The translations under genes and the position numbers were made by a program. This document shows positions 52,118 to 62,260 of a DNA stretch of 64,000 bases, piece by piece. Positions within the stretch are counted from its first letter, which is position 1; each line of letters begins with the position of its first letter. The DNA lies in contig JAMPAP010000002.1 of NCBI GenBank assembly GCA_023667185.1, forward strand, positions 150,978 through 214,977. The letters run 5' to 3'. The DNA comes from Lachnoclostridium sp. (GTDB taxonomy: Bacteria > Bacteroidota > Bacteroidia > Bacteroidales > Muribaculaceae). A model generated the notes under the pieces. It was not told the DNA's origin. It did no database searches and was given only the letters and a program-made list of their open reading frames with translations.

Positions 52118-52711
52118 GTGGCCCGGTTTCTTACTCTGCAAAACGAATCTAAAGCGGTTTATCGTGAAAAGATGAGCCGCTTTCTTTCCTTTGCCATTCC
52201 GGTAAGTACGGCCGCTGAGGCTAAAGAGTATATCGCCCTATACGCCAATGAATATCACGATGCTCGCCACGTCTGCTGGGCCTACATGATAGGGGCTGAT
52301 CGCAAGGAGTTTCTCTCAAGCGACAATGGCGAGCCCTCGGGCACGGCCGGAAAGCCTATTCTCGGACAGATCAATTCTTTCAATCTTACGAATGTAGTAA
52401 TCATCGTGGTGCGCTACTTCGGCGGCATCAAGCTGGGCACCTCCGGCCTTATCGCGGCTTACCGCGAGGCGGCGCGCCTGGCTATCGAGGATGGAACGAT
52501 TATCGAGGGACGAGAGATGTCAACTCTCTCGCTTACATTTCCTTACATGGCCATGAATCCGGTGATGCAACTCATCAAAAGCCGCAATTACAATATCCTC
52601 GAGCAGACGTTTGACAATACCTGCTCGCTGACTATATCTCTCCCCCTTGACGAAAAACAGGAAATGGCATCGCGATTAGGTGCCATCTCCGGAACCTCAA
52701 TTTTACCATGA
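52118..52711 (+). CDS. yigZ: YigZ/IMPACT-family protein
   Basis: KSRFLSFAIPV, ARHVCWAY, DNGEPSGTAGKPIL and VVRYFGGIKLG. Confidence 0.8.
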   Translation: MARFLTLQNESKAVYREKMSRFLSFAIPVSTAAEAKEYIALYANEYHDARHVCWAYMIGADRKEFLSSDNGEPSGTAGKPILGQINSFNLTNVVIIVVRYFGGIKLGTSGLIAAYREAARLAIEDGTIIEGREMSTLSLTFPYMAMNPVMQLIKSRNYNILEQTFDNTCSLTISLPLDEKQEMASRLGAISGTSILP

Positions 52712-55128
52712 AAAATATTATCTTAAGTTGTGCATTTGCATTATCAGCATCACTTTTCTCAAGTGCCCGCACTGTTACTACCCTTCACGATGGATGGATG
52801 TTCAGTCGCGGCGATGCTGACAGTATCACCGCATTGTCTCCGGTCAGAGTGCCTCACGACTGGGCTATCTATGGCCCATTTGACCGCAGTATTGACCTGC
52901 AGGAGGTAGCAATCAAGCAGAATGGCGAGACGGAAAAGACCTGGAAAACAGCCCGCACCGGCGGGTTGCCCTTCATTGGTAAGGGCGTTTATCGCACTAC
53001 TTTTGAGGTAGCTGACACTGCCTCACGCTCCATATCGCTGCTATTTGATGGGGCGATGAGTAACCCCGTGGTATATGTCAATGGCCGTGAAGCTGGCCAC
53101 TGGGGTTCGGGCTACAATAGTTTCTATCTCGATGTTACTGACCTTGTGGCGCCCGGCAGCAACGACCTTGAGGTACGCCTTGAAAACAAGCCTTCCTCCT
53201 CGCGCTGGTATCCCGGCGCAGGGCTTTACCGCAATGTCCACGTTATCGAGACATACCGTATCCACGTCCCCGTATGGGGCACGCATCTCACTACGCCTCA
53301 CGTTTCCGCTGATATGGCTTCGGTGAACCTTACCACTACTATTGCAGGAGCACCCTCACGCTCCCGCATCAAAGCTGTTACCGTGATTCGTGACATGGAG
53401 GGTAATGTCGTTACGGCTGACTCTACCGTGCATGAAGTTCACGGCCAGCCTCTCAGCCAGAATTTCCTTATCGAAAATCCCCGCCTGTGGTCGCCTGATA
53501 GCCCGGAGCTTTATACCGCTACGACTACACTGTCGCTTGACAGTGCTGTTGTGGATACTTACACCACGCGCTTCGGCATCCGCTCGATTGAATATATACC
53601 CAAGAAGGGTTTCTTCCTCAATGGCCGGCCGATGAAATTCCGCGGCGTATGCAATCACCATGACCTCGGTCCGCTCGGAGCTGCTGTCAACCGCTCAGCC
53701 CTGCGCCACCAGCTGATGCTGCTTAAGGATATGGGCTGCAATGCTATACGCACCTCCCACAATATGCCGGCACCGGAACTCGTGGAGCTTTGCGATGAAC
53801 TCGGCCTGATGATGATGGTCGAGGCTTTTGACGATTGGAGCTACCGCCCGAAGAGCGAAAATGGCTACGGCTCGATTTTCGACCAGTGGTATGAGCGCGA
53901 CATATCTAATATGGTGCGCCACTATCGTAACAATCCCTCCGTAGTGATGTGGAGCAATGGCAACGAAGTACCCTCGCAATGGGATCGTACCAATGGCGTA
54001 ACCACCTCTCAGGCGATGATCGATATTATCCACGACCTCGATCCCACCCGCCCGGTCACTAATGGCATGGATCAGATTAAGGCCGTGCTTGACAATGGTT
54101 TTGCCTCTACGCTCGACATCCCCGGCTTCAACTATAAGCCCGGCCATTATCAACGCGCTTACGAAAAGCTCCCCCAGAAGCTGATACTCGGCTCGGAGAC
54201 TGCCTCAACTGTCTCATCCCGCGGCGTCTACAAGTTTCCGCCCGAGCAGAAGAAGATGGCCACGTATCCTGATATGCAGTCCTCATCTTATGACGTCGAG
54301 GCCTGCTCATGGTCAAATATCCCGGATATCGACTTTGCAGCCGACGACGATCTGCCATATATGATAGGCCAGTTTGTATGGACCGGTTTTGACTATCTCG
54401 GTGAACCAACTCCTTATGATACTGACTCCTGGCCTGCCCATAGCAGCTACTTCGGCATCATCGACCTGGCATCCCTCCCCAAAGATCGCTTCTACCTCTA
54501 TCGCTCAAAGTGGAACGAGGCTGACACTACTCTCCACATCCTCCCTCACTGGACATGGCCCGGCCGCGAAGGCGAAGTGACTCCGGTATTTGTCTACACT
54601 AATTTCCCCGGTGCCGAGCTCTTTGTAAATGGCGAAAGTCAAGGCATCCGCCACAAATGTGACTCCACCGTCATGCACCGCTGCCGCCTGATGTGGGACG
54701 ATGTCATCTATCGCCCCGGCACACTCCGTGTCGTAGCCTACGATGCTGAAGGCCACCCTGCCGCTGAATCGTCAGTCGCCACCGCCGGCAAGCCTCATCA
54801 CCTTGTCCTTACTCCCCACCGTGACTCTGTACCCGCTTCTGACGACGAACTCGTCTATATCACCGTAACTGCTGAAGATCGCGACGGCAACCCGGTTCCC
54901 GTGGCCGACAATCTTGTGAAATTCTCCGTCGAAGGTGGCGGCACGTTTGAAGCCACAGCCAATGGCGACCCCAAATCGCTGCGACCATTCCACCTCCCCG
55001 AGATGCCCCTCTTCTCCGGCGCCGCCACATTAATAGTAAGATCGTCCACCTCTCCCTCCGACATCACCATCCGCGCCACCGCCAAATCCCTCCATCCGGC
55101 CACCCTCACTCTCCCCAAATCCCATTAA
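52708..55128 (+). CDS. Glycoside hydrolase family 2 (beta-galactosidase-like), secreted
   Basis: It has a signal peptide, and GCNAIRTSHN, WSNGNEVP (acid/base region) and LILGSETAS (nucleophile region). An ATGA overlap links it to yigZ. Confidence 0.8.
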   Translation: MKNIILSCAFALSASLFSSARTVTTLHDGWMFSRGDADSITALSPVRVPHDWAIYGPFDRSIDLQEVAIKQNGETEKTWKTARTGGLPFIGKGVYRTTFEVADTASRSISLLFDGAMSNPVVYVNGREAGHWGSGYNSFYLDVTDLVAPGSNDLEVRLENKPSSSRWYPGAGLYRNVHVIETYRIHVPVWGTHLTTPHVSADMASVNLTTTIAGAPSRSRIKAVTVIRDMEGNVVTADSTVHEVHGQPLSQNFLIENPRLWSPDSPELYTATTTLSLDSAVVDTYTTRFGIRSIEYIPKKGFFLNGRPMKFRGVCNHHDLGPLGAAVNRSALRHQLMLLKDMGCNAIRTSHNMPAPELVELCDELGLMMMVEAFDDWSYRPKSENGYGSIFDQWYERDISNMVRHYRNNPSVVMWSNGNEVPSQWDRTNGVTTSQAMIDIIHDLDPTRPVTNGMDQIKAVLDNGFASTLDIPGFNYKPGHYQRAYEKLPQKLILGSETASTVSSRGVYKFPPEQKKMATYPDMQSSSYDVEACSWSNIPDIDFAADDDLPYMIGQFVWTGFDYLGEPTPYDTDSWPAHSSYFGIIDLASLPKDRFYLYRSKWNEADTTLHILPHWTWPGREGEVTPVFVYTNFPGAELFVNGESQGIRHKCDSTVMHRCRLMWDDVIYRPGTLRVVAYDAEGHPAAESSVATAGKPHHLVLTPHRDSVPASDDELVYITVTAEDRDGNPVPVADNLVKFSVEGGGTFEATANGDPKSLRPFHLPEMPLFSGAATLIVRSSTSPSDITIRATAKSLHPATLTLPKSH

Positions 55129-55140
55129 CTAAGAGGTATA

Positions 55141-55656
55141 TCAGTCGAGGGTGGGGGAGGAGTAGCGGATGTGGTTGAGGGGACGGAGCACGTTGCAGAG
55201 GGTCTGGCTCCAGTAGTCAGCAAAGTCGGTCTTGATGGTTGCAAGGGCGGGCATCATCTCTTCAGGGTCAAGGTATTTCACGGTGGAGATGAAGTTGAAG
55301 AATACCTGGTAGAGGTCAGCGAGTGACTCCGAGATGGATGCGCCGATAGGTGTGTCAGAATACTTCATTTCCTCCATAAACACTTCGAGGTATACGTCGT
55401 CAGCGCCAAGAAGCTCCGTGATGGCGGTACGTATTGAGTCGTAAGTCTCCTCATCGAGAGCCTGATGGATGCTGTCGTCGTCAGGTTCTTCGGCAAGCTC
55501 CGGCTCGAGGTCAGTTGCAGCCATGTAGATGCGGGGCAGGAGTCGCAACATCGAGGCTGTAAACTCTTCAGGGGCGGCAGTGCCGAGGTTTTCTACGGCG
55601 CTGCAATATTCGTTGGCCAGAGCGATGAATGCTAATGTGTTGGGGGTGAGTTTCAT
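55141..55656 (-). CDS. Conserved hypothetical protein (DUF5063-like) downstream of nadD
   Basis: Acidic helical protein of 171 aa. A 4-nt overlap with nadD suggests co-transcription. The family name is from memory. Confidence 0.55.
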   Translation of the reverse strand: MKLTPNTLAFIALANEYCSAVENLGTAAPEEFTASMLRLLPRIYMAATDLEPELAEEPDDDSIHQALDEETYDSIRTAITELLGADDVYLEVFMEEMKYSDTPIGASISESLADLYQVFFNFISTVKYLDPEEMMPALATIKTDFADYWSQTLCNVLRPLNHIRYSSPTLD

Positions 55657-56255
55657 TCTGATTGTTTTTTCTGATACAGACCGTTTTCGCGGATATAGTC
55701 ATTTACTTTTTCGGGCAGGAAAATGTTTAGATTCTTGCCGCGTGCGATGGCCGAGCGGATCCAGGTGCTCGAGAGGTCGCAGGTAGGAGCGTTCACCACA
55801 TCTACGCCGTCGTCGTAGATAGGCGGTAGTTCATAGCCGGGACGCGGATAGATTATCACACCATAGTTGTCGATAATCTCCTGATAGTTACGCCACTTAT
55901 TGAAGTTTTTCCAGTTATCGCTGCCGATGATGAGCTTGAAGCTGCGGCGGGGGTAGCGGCGTGACAGAAACCGCAGCGTGTTGATGGTGTATGACGGGCG
56001 GGGCATTGACAGCTCTATGTCGCTGACTTCCACGCCGTCAACGTCCTCAGTGGCGAGTTCAAGCATCTTGAGGCGGGTCAGGTCAGGCAGCAGGGCTGAG
56101 GGATCATCTTTTAGCGGATTGAGGGGCGAAAGAAGCATCCACACCTCGTCGACCTTAGTAAACTGGCGGATATAGCTTGCCACCATGAGGTGTCCGGTAT
56201 GAACAGGGTTGAATGAGCCGCCGAGAAGGGCAGTGATGGTTTTCTCTTGAGCCAT
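55653..56255 (-). CDS. nadD: Nicotinate-nucleotide adenylyltransferase
   Basis: LLGGSFNPVHTGHLMVA (HxGH) and ISSTWIR-type LSSTWIRSAI. Confidence 0.9.
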   Translation of the reverse strand: MAQEKTITALLGGSFNPVHTGHLMVASYIRQFTKVDEVWMLLSPLNPLKDDPSALLPDLTRLKMLELATEDVDGVEVSDIELSMPRPSYTINTLRFLSRRYPRRSFKLIIGSDNWKNFNKWRNYQEIIDNYGVIIYPRPGYELPPIYDDGVDVVNAPTCDLSSTWIRSAIARGKNLNIFLPEKVNDYIRENGLYQKKQSE

Positions 56256-56257
56256 AT

Positions 56258-56815
56258 TCAGCGGTTGATAATGTCAGAAATCTCAGCTACGGCCTTGTCA
56301 AGGTCGTCGTTTACGACGGTAAAGTCAAATTTCGGGGCAAATTCCATTTCCCAAGCCGCCTTGCCTACTCGCTTGTCGATCCATTCCTGAGTCTCGGTGC
56401 CACGCAGCTCAAGGCGGCGGCGCAGCTCGTCGACTGACGGCGGCATCACAAAAATGGAGATCGCGCGGCCGCCATACAGGCGCTTTACATTGAGGGCACC
56501 CTTTACGTCGATGTCGAGCACACAGTAATGCCCCTCGGAGCATATTCGTTCGATTTCACTCTTGAGTGTGCCATAATAGCGCCCGGCATACACCTCTTCA
56601 TATTCCACGAAGTCGTTAGCCCGGATATGCTCCTCAAACTCCTCGGTGGTAATGAAGTTGTAGTGTACACCATCGACCTCGCCGGGGCGTGGCGGGCGGT
56701 TGGTAGCCGACACTGAGAGTTGGATGTCGATCTTACCGGCCTCCATGATCCGGCCGATGATCGACGACTTGCCGCATCCCGAGGGTGCTGACAATATGAT
56801 TATTTTGCCTTCCAT
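56258..56815 (-). CDS. gmk: Guanylate kinase
   Basis: P-loop LSAPSGCGKSSI, RPPRPGEVDGVHYNF and YAGRYYGT. Confidence 0.93.
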   Translation of the reverse strand: MEGKIIILSAPSGCGKSSIIGRIMEAGKIDIQLSVSATNRPPRPGEVDGVHYNFITTEEFEEHIRANDFVEYEEVYAGRYYGTLKSEIERICSEGHYCVLDIDVKGALNVKRLYGGRAISIFVMPPSVDELRRRLELRGTETQEWIDKRVGKAAWEMEFAPKFDFTVVNDDLDKAVAEISDIINR

Positions 56816-56834
56816 AACGTAGAGATGTAGAGGA

Positions 56835-57710
56835 TTACATTACGTTGAGCACCTGCTCCTTGATCTGCTCGAGCTCATCTTTCATCGCCACGACGGTCTT
56901 CTGCATCATGGCGTGGTTGCTCTTCGAACCGAGGGTGTTGATTTCACGACCCATTTCCTGGGCGATAAATCCGAGTTTTTTGCCCTGGCCTTGTGTCTCG
57001 TCAAGGGTCTCGAGGAAGTAGCGGAGGTGCTGGGTGAGGCGCTGTTTCTCCTCGTTGATGTCGAGCTTTTCGATGTAATATATCATCTCCTGCTCCAGGC
57101 GCGAACGATCAAAGTCGACGGTGACAATTTTCTCGATGGAGTCGACGATGCGGGCGCGGATTTTGCCTACGCGCTCTTGTTCATACTGAGGTATTTCGGC
57201 AAGCAACTGGGAGATGCTGCAGATGCGGGCTCTGAAAAATTCCTCCAGCTTGATGCCCTCGGCGCGGCGGTATTCCATCAGAGCCTCGATGGCCTGATGG
57301 AGGGCGCTGAGGATAGCCTCCTTCTCGTTGTCATCGACCACCGATGAGGTGTCTGACTTCATGGCGTCAGGGAAGCGGAGCAGCGTGGCATACCAGTCGA
57401 CAGGCTCACCGATGCCTAATTCGGCGCCCATGCGGTCAATCTGCTCCTTATAATTTCTTAGAACGGGTATGTTGAGCTTCATTGCAGCCTCGGCTGTGAC
57501 TGACTCTATCACTACTGAGAGGTCAACCTTGCCGCGCTCGAGGCGATGTGACACTGCGTTACGTATCTCAAGGTCGAGCTCGCGCAGCGAGGTGGGAATG
57601 CGTGAGGCGATGTCCATCTGCTTGCTGTTGAGCGACTTGATCTCTACGGTAATTTTTTTGTTCGGGAGTTCGACTGTAGCTTTCCCGAAACCGGTCATGG
57701 AATATAGCAT
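56835..57710 (-). CDS. yicC: YicC-family stress-induced protein
   Basis: MLYSMTGFGKA N-terminus and the C-terminal GKKLGFIAQEMGREINTLGSKSN. Confidence 0.88.
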   Translation of the reverse strand: MLYSMTGFGKATVELPNKKITVEIKSLNSKQMDIASRIPTSLRELDLEIRNAVSHRLERGKVDLSVVIESVTAEAAMKLNIPVLRNYKEQIDRMGAELGIGEPVDWYATLLRFPDAMKSDTSSVVDDNEKEAILSALHQAIEALMEYRRAEGIKLEEFFRARICSISQLLAEIPQYEQERVGKIRARIVDSIEKIVTVDFDRSRLEQEMIYYIEKLDINEEKQRLTQHLRYFLETLDETQGQGKKLGFIAQEMGREINTLGSKSNHAMMQKTVVAMKDELEQIKEQVLNVM

Positions 57711-57729
57711 TATTTATGTAGATTTTTTG

Positions 57730-57760
57730 CAAAGATACTTAAAACGGCTCAATCTTCAAA
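57730..57760 (-). promoter_or_regulatory. Candidate promoter of yicC (TTTG, 19 nt, TATCTTTG)
   Basis: The minus strand reads TTTGaagattgagccgttttaagTATCTTTG, ending 19 nt upstream of the ATG at 57710. This matches the Bacteroides -33/-7 consensus and spacing. Confidence 0.5.
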
Positions 57761-57800
57761 AAATTAAAAAAATATAGGTCGCTTAACCGATAAGCGACCT
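57761..57800 (-). terminator. Rho-independent terminator downstream of the thioredoxin-family gene
   Basis: The minus strand reads aggtcgctta-tcggt-taagcgacct (perfect 10-bp stem), followed by atatttttttaattt. Confidence 0.65.
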
Positions 57801-57937
57801 ATAGATCATTAAACTCGAGTAAGTAATTATCCTGTAATATTATCCTGATGCAAAATTACAATATAAAGTCACAGTGAAATATCACTTAAAACGAGTAAAT
57901 TTCTTGAAAAAATCTGCTGCCTGATAATCAAATTTGA

Positions 57938-58414
57938 TTACTGCATGCCGAGCATCTGAAGAAATGTGGCTTCATCCATCAAGCCTACGGAGGTCTGAGT
58001 GGTGCCGTCGGGCATGAGCATGGTCACCTGAGGTATGGCTGATACTTCAAACTGCTCTGCGGCTTCGGGGTTGTTGTCGACGTCAACCGAGAGGAAGATG
58101 ATATCCTGATGCTCGCCGGCCACTTTCTTAAACACCGGCTCAAATTGCTTGCAGGGGCCGCACCATGTGGCGTTGAAGTCGATCACTACGGGGAGCTCGG
58201 CGTCAGGTCGGATGTTTTTGCCATAGACATTTGAGTCATATTCGATTACGCCTGTGCCACGGGGATAAGTGGGGACGTCAGCTACTACGGCTTCAGTCTC
58301 TACGGCTGAATTTTCGCTGGTTTCTTCGGATGCCTTGGCGTCCTTGGATGCGCACGAGCCGAGAGCGAGTGTCATCAGCGACAGCGCGGTAAGTTTGAAT
58401 AATTTGATGTTCAT
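57938..58414 (-). CDS. Thioredoxin-family lipoprotein
   Basis: Signal plus lipobox LALGSCAS; active site ATWCGPCKQF. Confidence 0.85.
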   Translation of the reverse strand: MNIKLFKLTALSLMTLALGSCASKDAKASEETSENSAVETEAVVADVPTYPRGTGVIEYDSNVYGKNIRPDAELPVVIDFNATWCGPCKQFEPVFKKVAGEHQDIIFLSVDVDNNPEAAEQFEVSAIPQVTMLMPDGTTQTSVGLMDEATFLQMLGMQ

Positions 58415-58509
58415 AATACTTAAATTTTTAGCAAAGATAATAAACAGGAAGATAATATAAGTTGCATAGGGCGGAATTTTTGGTTAAATTTGCAGAAAAT
58501 AATCTTTAG

Positions 58510-58800
58510 ATGAATAAAATATTACACTGGTGCAAGAGATATATGTCGCTGACACTGCTGATTGCGGTGGCGGTAGCGGCATTTGTAATGTTTTTCAACG
58601 ACAACTCGGTGATGAACACTTACGAGGCTGAGCGGGAGATTGACCGGCTTGAGAGCATCATCCGCCAGGAGGAGGATACACTCAACTATTACCGGAGGCT
58701 CAACGCGTCGCTCGATACTGACCGCGCGACGATGGAACGTATTGTAAGAGAACAACATCACATGCAACACCCCGACGAAGATGTTTACCTTTTCGAATAG
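58510..58800 (+). CDS. Septum formation initiator (FtsB/FtsL/DivIC-like) protein
   Basis: It has an N-terminal TM (LTLLIAVAVAAFVMFF), a short coiled coil, and a C-terminal ERIVREQHHMQHPDEDVYLF typical of this family. A candidate -7 box, TAAATTTG, lies at 58485..58492. Confidence 0.7.
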   Translation: MNKILHWCKRYMSLTLLIAVAVAAFVMFFNDNSVMNTYEAEREIDRLESIIRQEEDTLNYYRRLNASLDTDRATMERIVREQHHMQHPDEDVYLFE

Positions 58801-59152
58801 AAACCAAATATCTTCAGCAGTGGCGATGGCCGGGCTGCTGATCATCGTGGCGGCTACAGCTATGCCGCTGATATGGATGGATAACAATTGGTATCAGTGG
58901 CTTTACGCCGCCGGTGCCATAGTGCTTTTTATCGGCCGACTGATGACGCCCGGCCTCAAGGAGGCGCCCCTGCGATTGCGCCGGCTGCTACGCATCGAGA
59001 CCTGGGGCTCGCTGCTCTTCGTGGTAGGTGCGGCATCGATGTTCTGGGACAGCGGCTCGGGGCGCGACTGGATCGCCTTCACCCTTGCCGGCGGCATCAT
59101 CCAGGTGTATACGTCGATTATGATACCCCGAGTCCAACAACCCAACGAATAA
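58781..59152 (+). CDS. Small polytopic membrane protein, unknown function; start uncertain
   Basis: It has four hydrophobic segments. The 58781 start overlaps the previous gene by 20 nt, and an internal Met (MAGLLIIV) is an alternative. Confidence 0.5.
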   Translation: MFTFSNRNQISSAVAMAGLLIIVAATAMPLIWMDNNWYQWLYAAGAIVLFIGRLMTPGLKEAPLRLRRLLRIETWGSLLFVVGAASMFWDSGSGRDWIAFTLAGGIIQVYTSIMIPRVQQPNE

Positions 59153-59170
59153 ATTGATACACAACACAAT

Positions 59171-60526
59171 ATGCAACTGACTTCACTCACAGCTATTTCG
59201 CCGGTCGACGGCCGTTACCGCTCCAAATGCGAGCGCCTTGATGAATTTTTCTCAGAATATGCTTTGATACGTTACCGTGTCAAGGTGGAAGTGGAATATT
59301 TCATCGCATTATGTGAGATACCTCTGCCGGCACTTGCTTCAGTGCCCGCTGATACAGCAGGGCGTCTCCGCGCCATCGTGGACAACTTCACAGTGGCTGA
59401 TGCCGAGCGCATCAAGGATATCGAGTCGGTGACAAACCACGATGTGAAAGCTGTGGAATATTTTCTCAAGGAGCATTTCGATGCTCTCGGCCTTGAGGCT
59501 TATAAAGAGTATATCCATTTCGGATTGACTTCTCAGGATATCAATAACACCTCGGTGCCGATGTCGATCGCCGATGCTCTCCGGGAGGTGTACCTCCCCA
59601 AGCTCGAGGAGCTTGTAGAGGCTCTCGAGCAGCGAGCTCGCGAGTGGGCTGATGTGGCCATGCTCGCCAAAACTCATGGTCAGCCGGCATCACCTACGGT
59701 GCTGGGCAAGGAGATCGAAGTGTTTGTCTACCGCCTGCGCGAGCAGATTGCCTCTCTCAAGGCTGTGAAAATCAGCGGTAAGTTCGGCGGTGCAACAGGT
59801 AATTTCAACGCCCACAACGTGGCTTTTCCCTCGATTGACTGGCGCTCGTTTGCCGCACGCTTCCTTTCCGAAAAGCTCGGCATAGCGCGTGAGATGTACA
59901 CCACCCAGATTTCCAACTACGACAATCTCGCCGCCCTCTTTGACACCATGCGCCGCATCAATACCATTATCCTTGACCTTGACCGCGATATGTGGCTATA
60001 TGTGTCGATGGAATACTTCAAACAGCGCATCAAAGCCGGCGAGGTAGGCTCATCGGCTATGCCTCACAAGGTTAACCCTATCGATTTCGAAAATTCGGAG
60101 GGAAACCTCGGTATGGCCAACGCCATTCTTGGCCATCTCGCTACCAAGCTCCCGGTGTCACGTCTGCAGCGTGACCTTACTGACTCTACCGTGCTCCGCA
60201 ACATAGGTGTACCTATGGCTCACTCTCTTATAGCATTCGCTTCTACCCTCAAGGGCCTTGGCAAGCTGCTGCTCAACCGTCAGGCTATCGATGCTGACCT
60301 TGAGCAGACCTGGAGCGTAGTGGCTGAGGCTATCCAGACCATCCTCCGCCGCGAGGGATACCCCAAGCCTTACGAGACGCTGAAGGCTCTGACCCGCACT
60401 AACTCTGCCATCACAGCCGAAAGCATTTCCTCGTTTATCGATACTCTTGATGTGTCAGATGAGGTAAAGGCTGAGCTTCACGCCATCACCCCGTCAAACT
60501 ATACCGGACTCAAATTCACCGTATAA
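59171..60526 (+). CDS. purB: Adenylosuccinate lyase
   Basis: SPVDGRY N-terminus, HFGLTSQDINNT, and the signature GSSAMPHKVNPIDFEN. Confidence 0.93.
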   Translation: MQLTSLTAISPVDGRYRSKCERLDEFFSEYALIRYRVKVEVEYFIALCEIPLPALASVPADTAGRLRAIVDNFTVADAERIKDIESVTNHDVKAVEYFLKEHFDALGLEAYKEYIHFGLTSQDINNTSVPMSIADALREVYLPKLEELVEALEQRAREWADVAMLAKTHGQPASPTVLGKEIEVFVYRLREQIASLKAVKISGKFGGATGNFNAHNVAFPSIDWRSFAARFLSEKLGIAREMYTTQISNYDNLAALFDTMRRINTIILDLDRDMWLYVSMEYFKQRIKAGEVGSSAMPHKVNPIDFENSEGNLGMANAILGHLATKLPVSRLQRDLTDSTVLRNIGVPMAHSLIAFASTLKGLGKLLLNRQAIDADLEQTWSVVAEAIQTILRREGYPKPYETLKALTRTNSAITAESISSFIDTLDVSDEVKAELHAITPSNYTGLKFTV

Positions 60527-60532
60527 CTCAGG

Positions 60533-60991
60533 ATGAAGATCGTAATTCAGCGGGTGTCAGAGGCGTCAGTGACTATTGGCGGTGATGTGGCGGGCAAGAT
60601 CGGAACCGGAATAATGGTGCTCGTCGGTGTGGCCGTGGGAGATACCCGGCAGGATGCCGAGCGCCTTGCTGACAAGATGCTGAAGCTCAGAATATTCCCT
60701 GACGAGAATGGCGTGATGAACCGTTCGCTGCTCGATGTTCAGGGCGATCTGCTGATAATCAGTCAGTTCACCCTTCTTGCATCTACAGCCCGCGGCAATC
60801 GCCCGAGCTATATCAACGCTGCCCGCCCCGAGGAGTCAGTGCCGCTCTACGAATACTTCATCGAGCTGTGCCGCAGCCGTATGCCCGAGGGCACTACACT
60901 CGCTACCGGACGCTTCGGCGCAGATATGAAAGTGGCTCTCGTGAACGATGGCCCTGTGACAATTGTTATAGATACAAAGGAGAAGGCATGA
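60533..60991 (+). CDS. dtd: D-aminoacyl-tRNA deacylase
   Basis: MKIVIQRVSEASV, SQFTLLA and NDGPVTIVIDT. Confidence 0.92.
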   Translation: MKIVIQRVSEASVTIGGDVAGKIGTGIMVLVGVAVGDTRQDAERLADKMLKLRIFPDENGVMNRSLLDVQGDLLIISQFTLLASTARGNRPSYINAARPEESVPLYEYFIELCRSRMPEGTTLATGRFGADMKVALVNDGPVTIVIDTKEKA

Positions 60992-61335
60992 CTATTGAAA
61001 CTGTGACACCCCTGACCATCGACGAGATGCAGCAGATTGTGGACCGATGGATAACCACCATCGGTGTGCGCTACTTCTCGCCGCTGACCAACACTGCCAT
61101 CCTCGCCGAGGAGACCGGTGAAGTGGCTCGTATCATGGCTCGCCTCCATGGCGACCAGTCGGCCAAGCCGGGCGAGAAACTTGACCTCGCTGATGAGCTG
61201 GCTGACCTGATGTGGGTGGTAACGGCTATCGCTAATCAGGAAGGTATAAACCTTACCGAGGCTTTTCGCGCCAACATCGACAAGAAGACCCGACGCGACG
61301 CCTCGCGCCATAAAGATAACCCCAAACTCAAGTAA
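60988..61335 (+). CDS. MazG-like nucleotide pyrophosphohydrolase (small, single domain)
   Basis: LAEETGEVARI and ELADLMWVV (EExxE/ExxD-type motifs). The start is revised to ATG 60988, which makes an ATGA overlap with the dtd stop. Confidence 0.78.
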   Translation: MTIETVTPLTIDEMQQIVDRWITTIGVRYFSPLTNTAILAEETGEVARIMARLHGDQSAKPGEKLDLADELADLMWVVTAIANQEGINLTEAFRANIDKKTRRDASRHKDNPKLK

Positions 61336-61372
61336 TTACCGTAATTATAATCATAATAAATCTTTTAAAACC

Positions 61373-62260
61373 ATGGCTGACAAATATCAAGAAGCAATTG
61401 CCGCTTCATGTGTCACTACTGATGATGAAGTGGTCGCTGCCAAGGTGAAAGAAATCCTTGACAAGCATCTCGAAGAAAATCGCAACATCGAAACCTATAA
61501 GCAAATCTTCAACTCTATTGACCTGACCACCCTCAAGTCAACTGACTCACAACAGTCAGTGGCTGACTTTGTGGAGCGTGTCAATGCCTTTGAGCAGGAG
61601 CACGGTGATCTGCCTAACGTGGCTGCAATATGTGTATATCCTAACTTTGTGCCCATCGCGCGCACCGTCCTTGACTGCTCTGATGTGGATATCGCTGCCG
61701 TATCAGGATGTTTCCCCTCGGCTCAGTCATTCATCGAGGTTAAGATTGCTGAAGTAGGTCTGGCTGTTGAGGCCGGTGCCGATGAGATCGACGTAGTGTT
61801 CGGTCTCGGCGACTTCTTTGACAAAGACTATGAAGAGGTATGTGACCAACTTTCAGAGATGAAACACTCCTGCCGCAACGCTATCATGAAGGTTATCCTC
61901 GAGACAGGCGCCCTCAAGACGGCTGAAAACATCCGCAACGCATCAGTGCTCTCTCTCTATTCAGGCGCTGACTTCCTGAAAACCTCCACAGGTAAGGAGT
62001 ATCCCGGAGCTTCGCTCGAGGCTTGCTACATAATGTGTGAGTGTATCAAGGAATATTACGAGAAGACCGGCCGAATGGTAGGCTTTAAGGCTTCAGGTGG
62101 CGTATCCACTACTGAGGAGGCTCTGAAATACTACACTATCGTACGCACCGTCCTCGGTGACAAGTGGCTGGAAACCAACGAGTATTTCCGTATCGGAGCT
62201 TCTCGCCTGGCTAATGCGGTGCTCTCAGATATCCTCGGAACCGAAACCAAATTCTTCTGA
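61373..62260 (+). CDS. deoC: Deoxyribose-phosphate aldolase (long form)
   Basis: AICVYPNFV, DVVF and the Schiff-base lysine context FLKTSTGK, followed by GFKASGG. Confidence 0.85.
   Translation: MADKYQEAIAASCVTTDDEVVAAKVKEILDKHLEENRNIETYKQIFNSIDLTTLKSTDSQQSVADFVERVNAFEQEHGDLPNVAAICVYPNFVPIARTVLDCSDVDIAAVSGCFPSAQSFIEVKIAEVGLAVEAGADEIDVVFGLGDFFDKDYEEVCDQLSEMKHSCRNAIMKVILETGALKTAENIRNASVLSLYSGADFLKTSTGKEYPGASLEACYIMCECIKEYYEKTGRMVGFKASGGVSTTEEALKYYTIVRTVLGDKWLETNEYFRIGASRLANAVLSDILGTETKFF

Noticed and set aside
57894-57914. agtaaatttcttgaaaaaatc resembles the left arm of repeat copy B, and nearby agtgaaatatcact has AGTGA...TCACT ends.
   Set aside because: The match is only about 20 nt, AT-rich and has no partner arm, so it is too weak to call a fifth copy without a genome-wide search.
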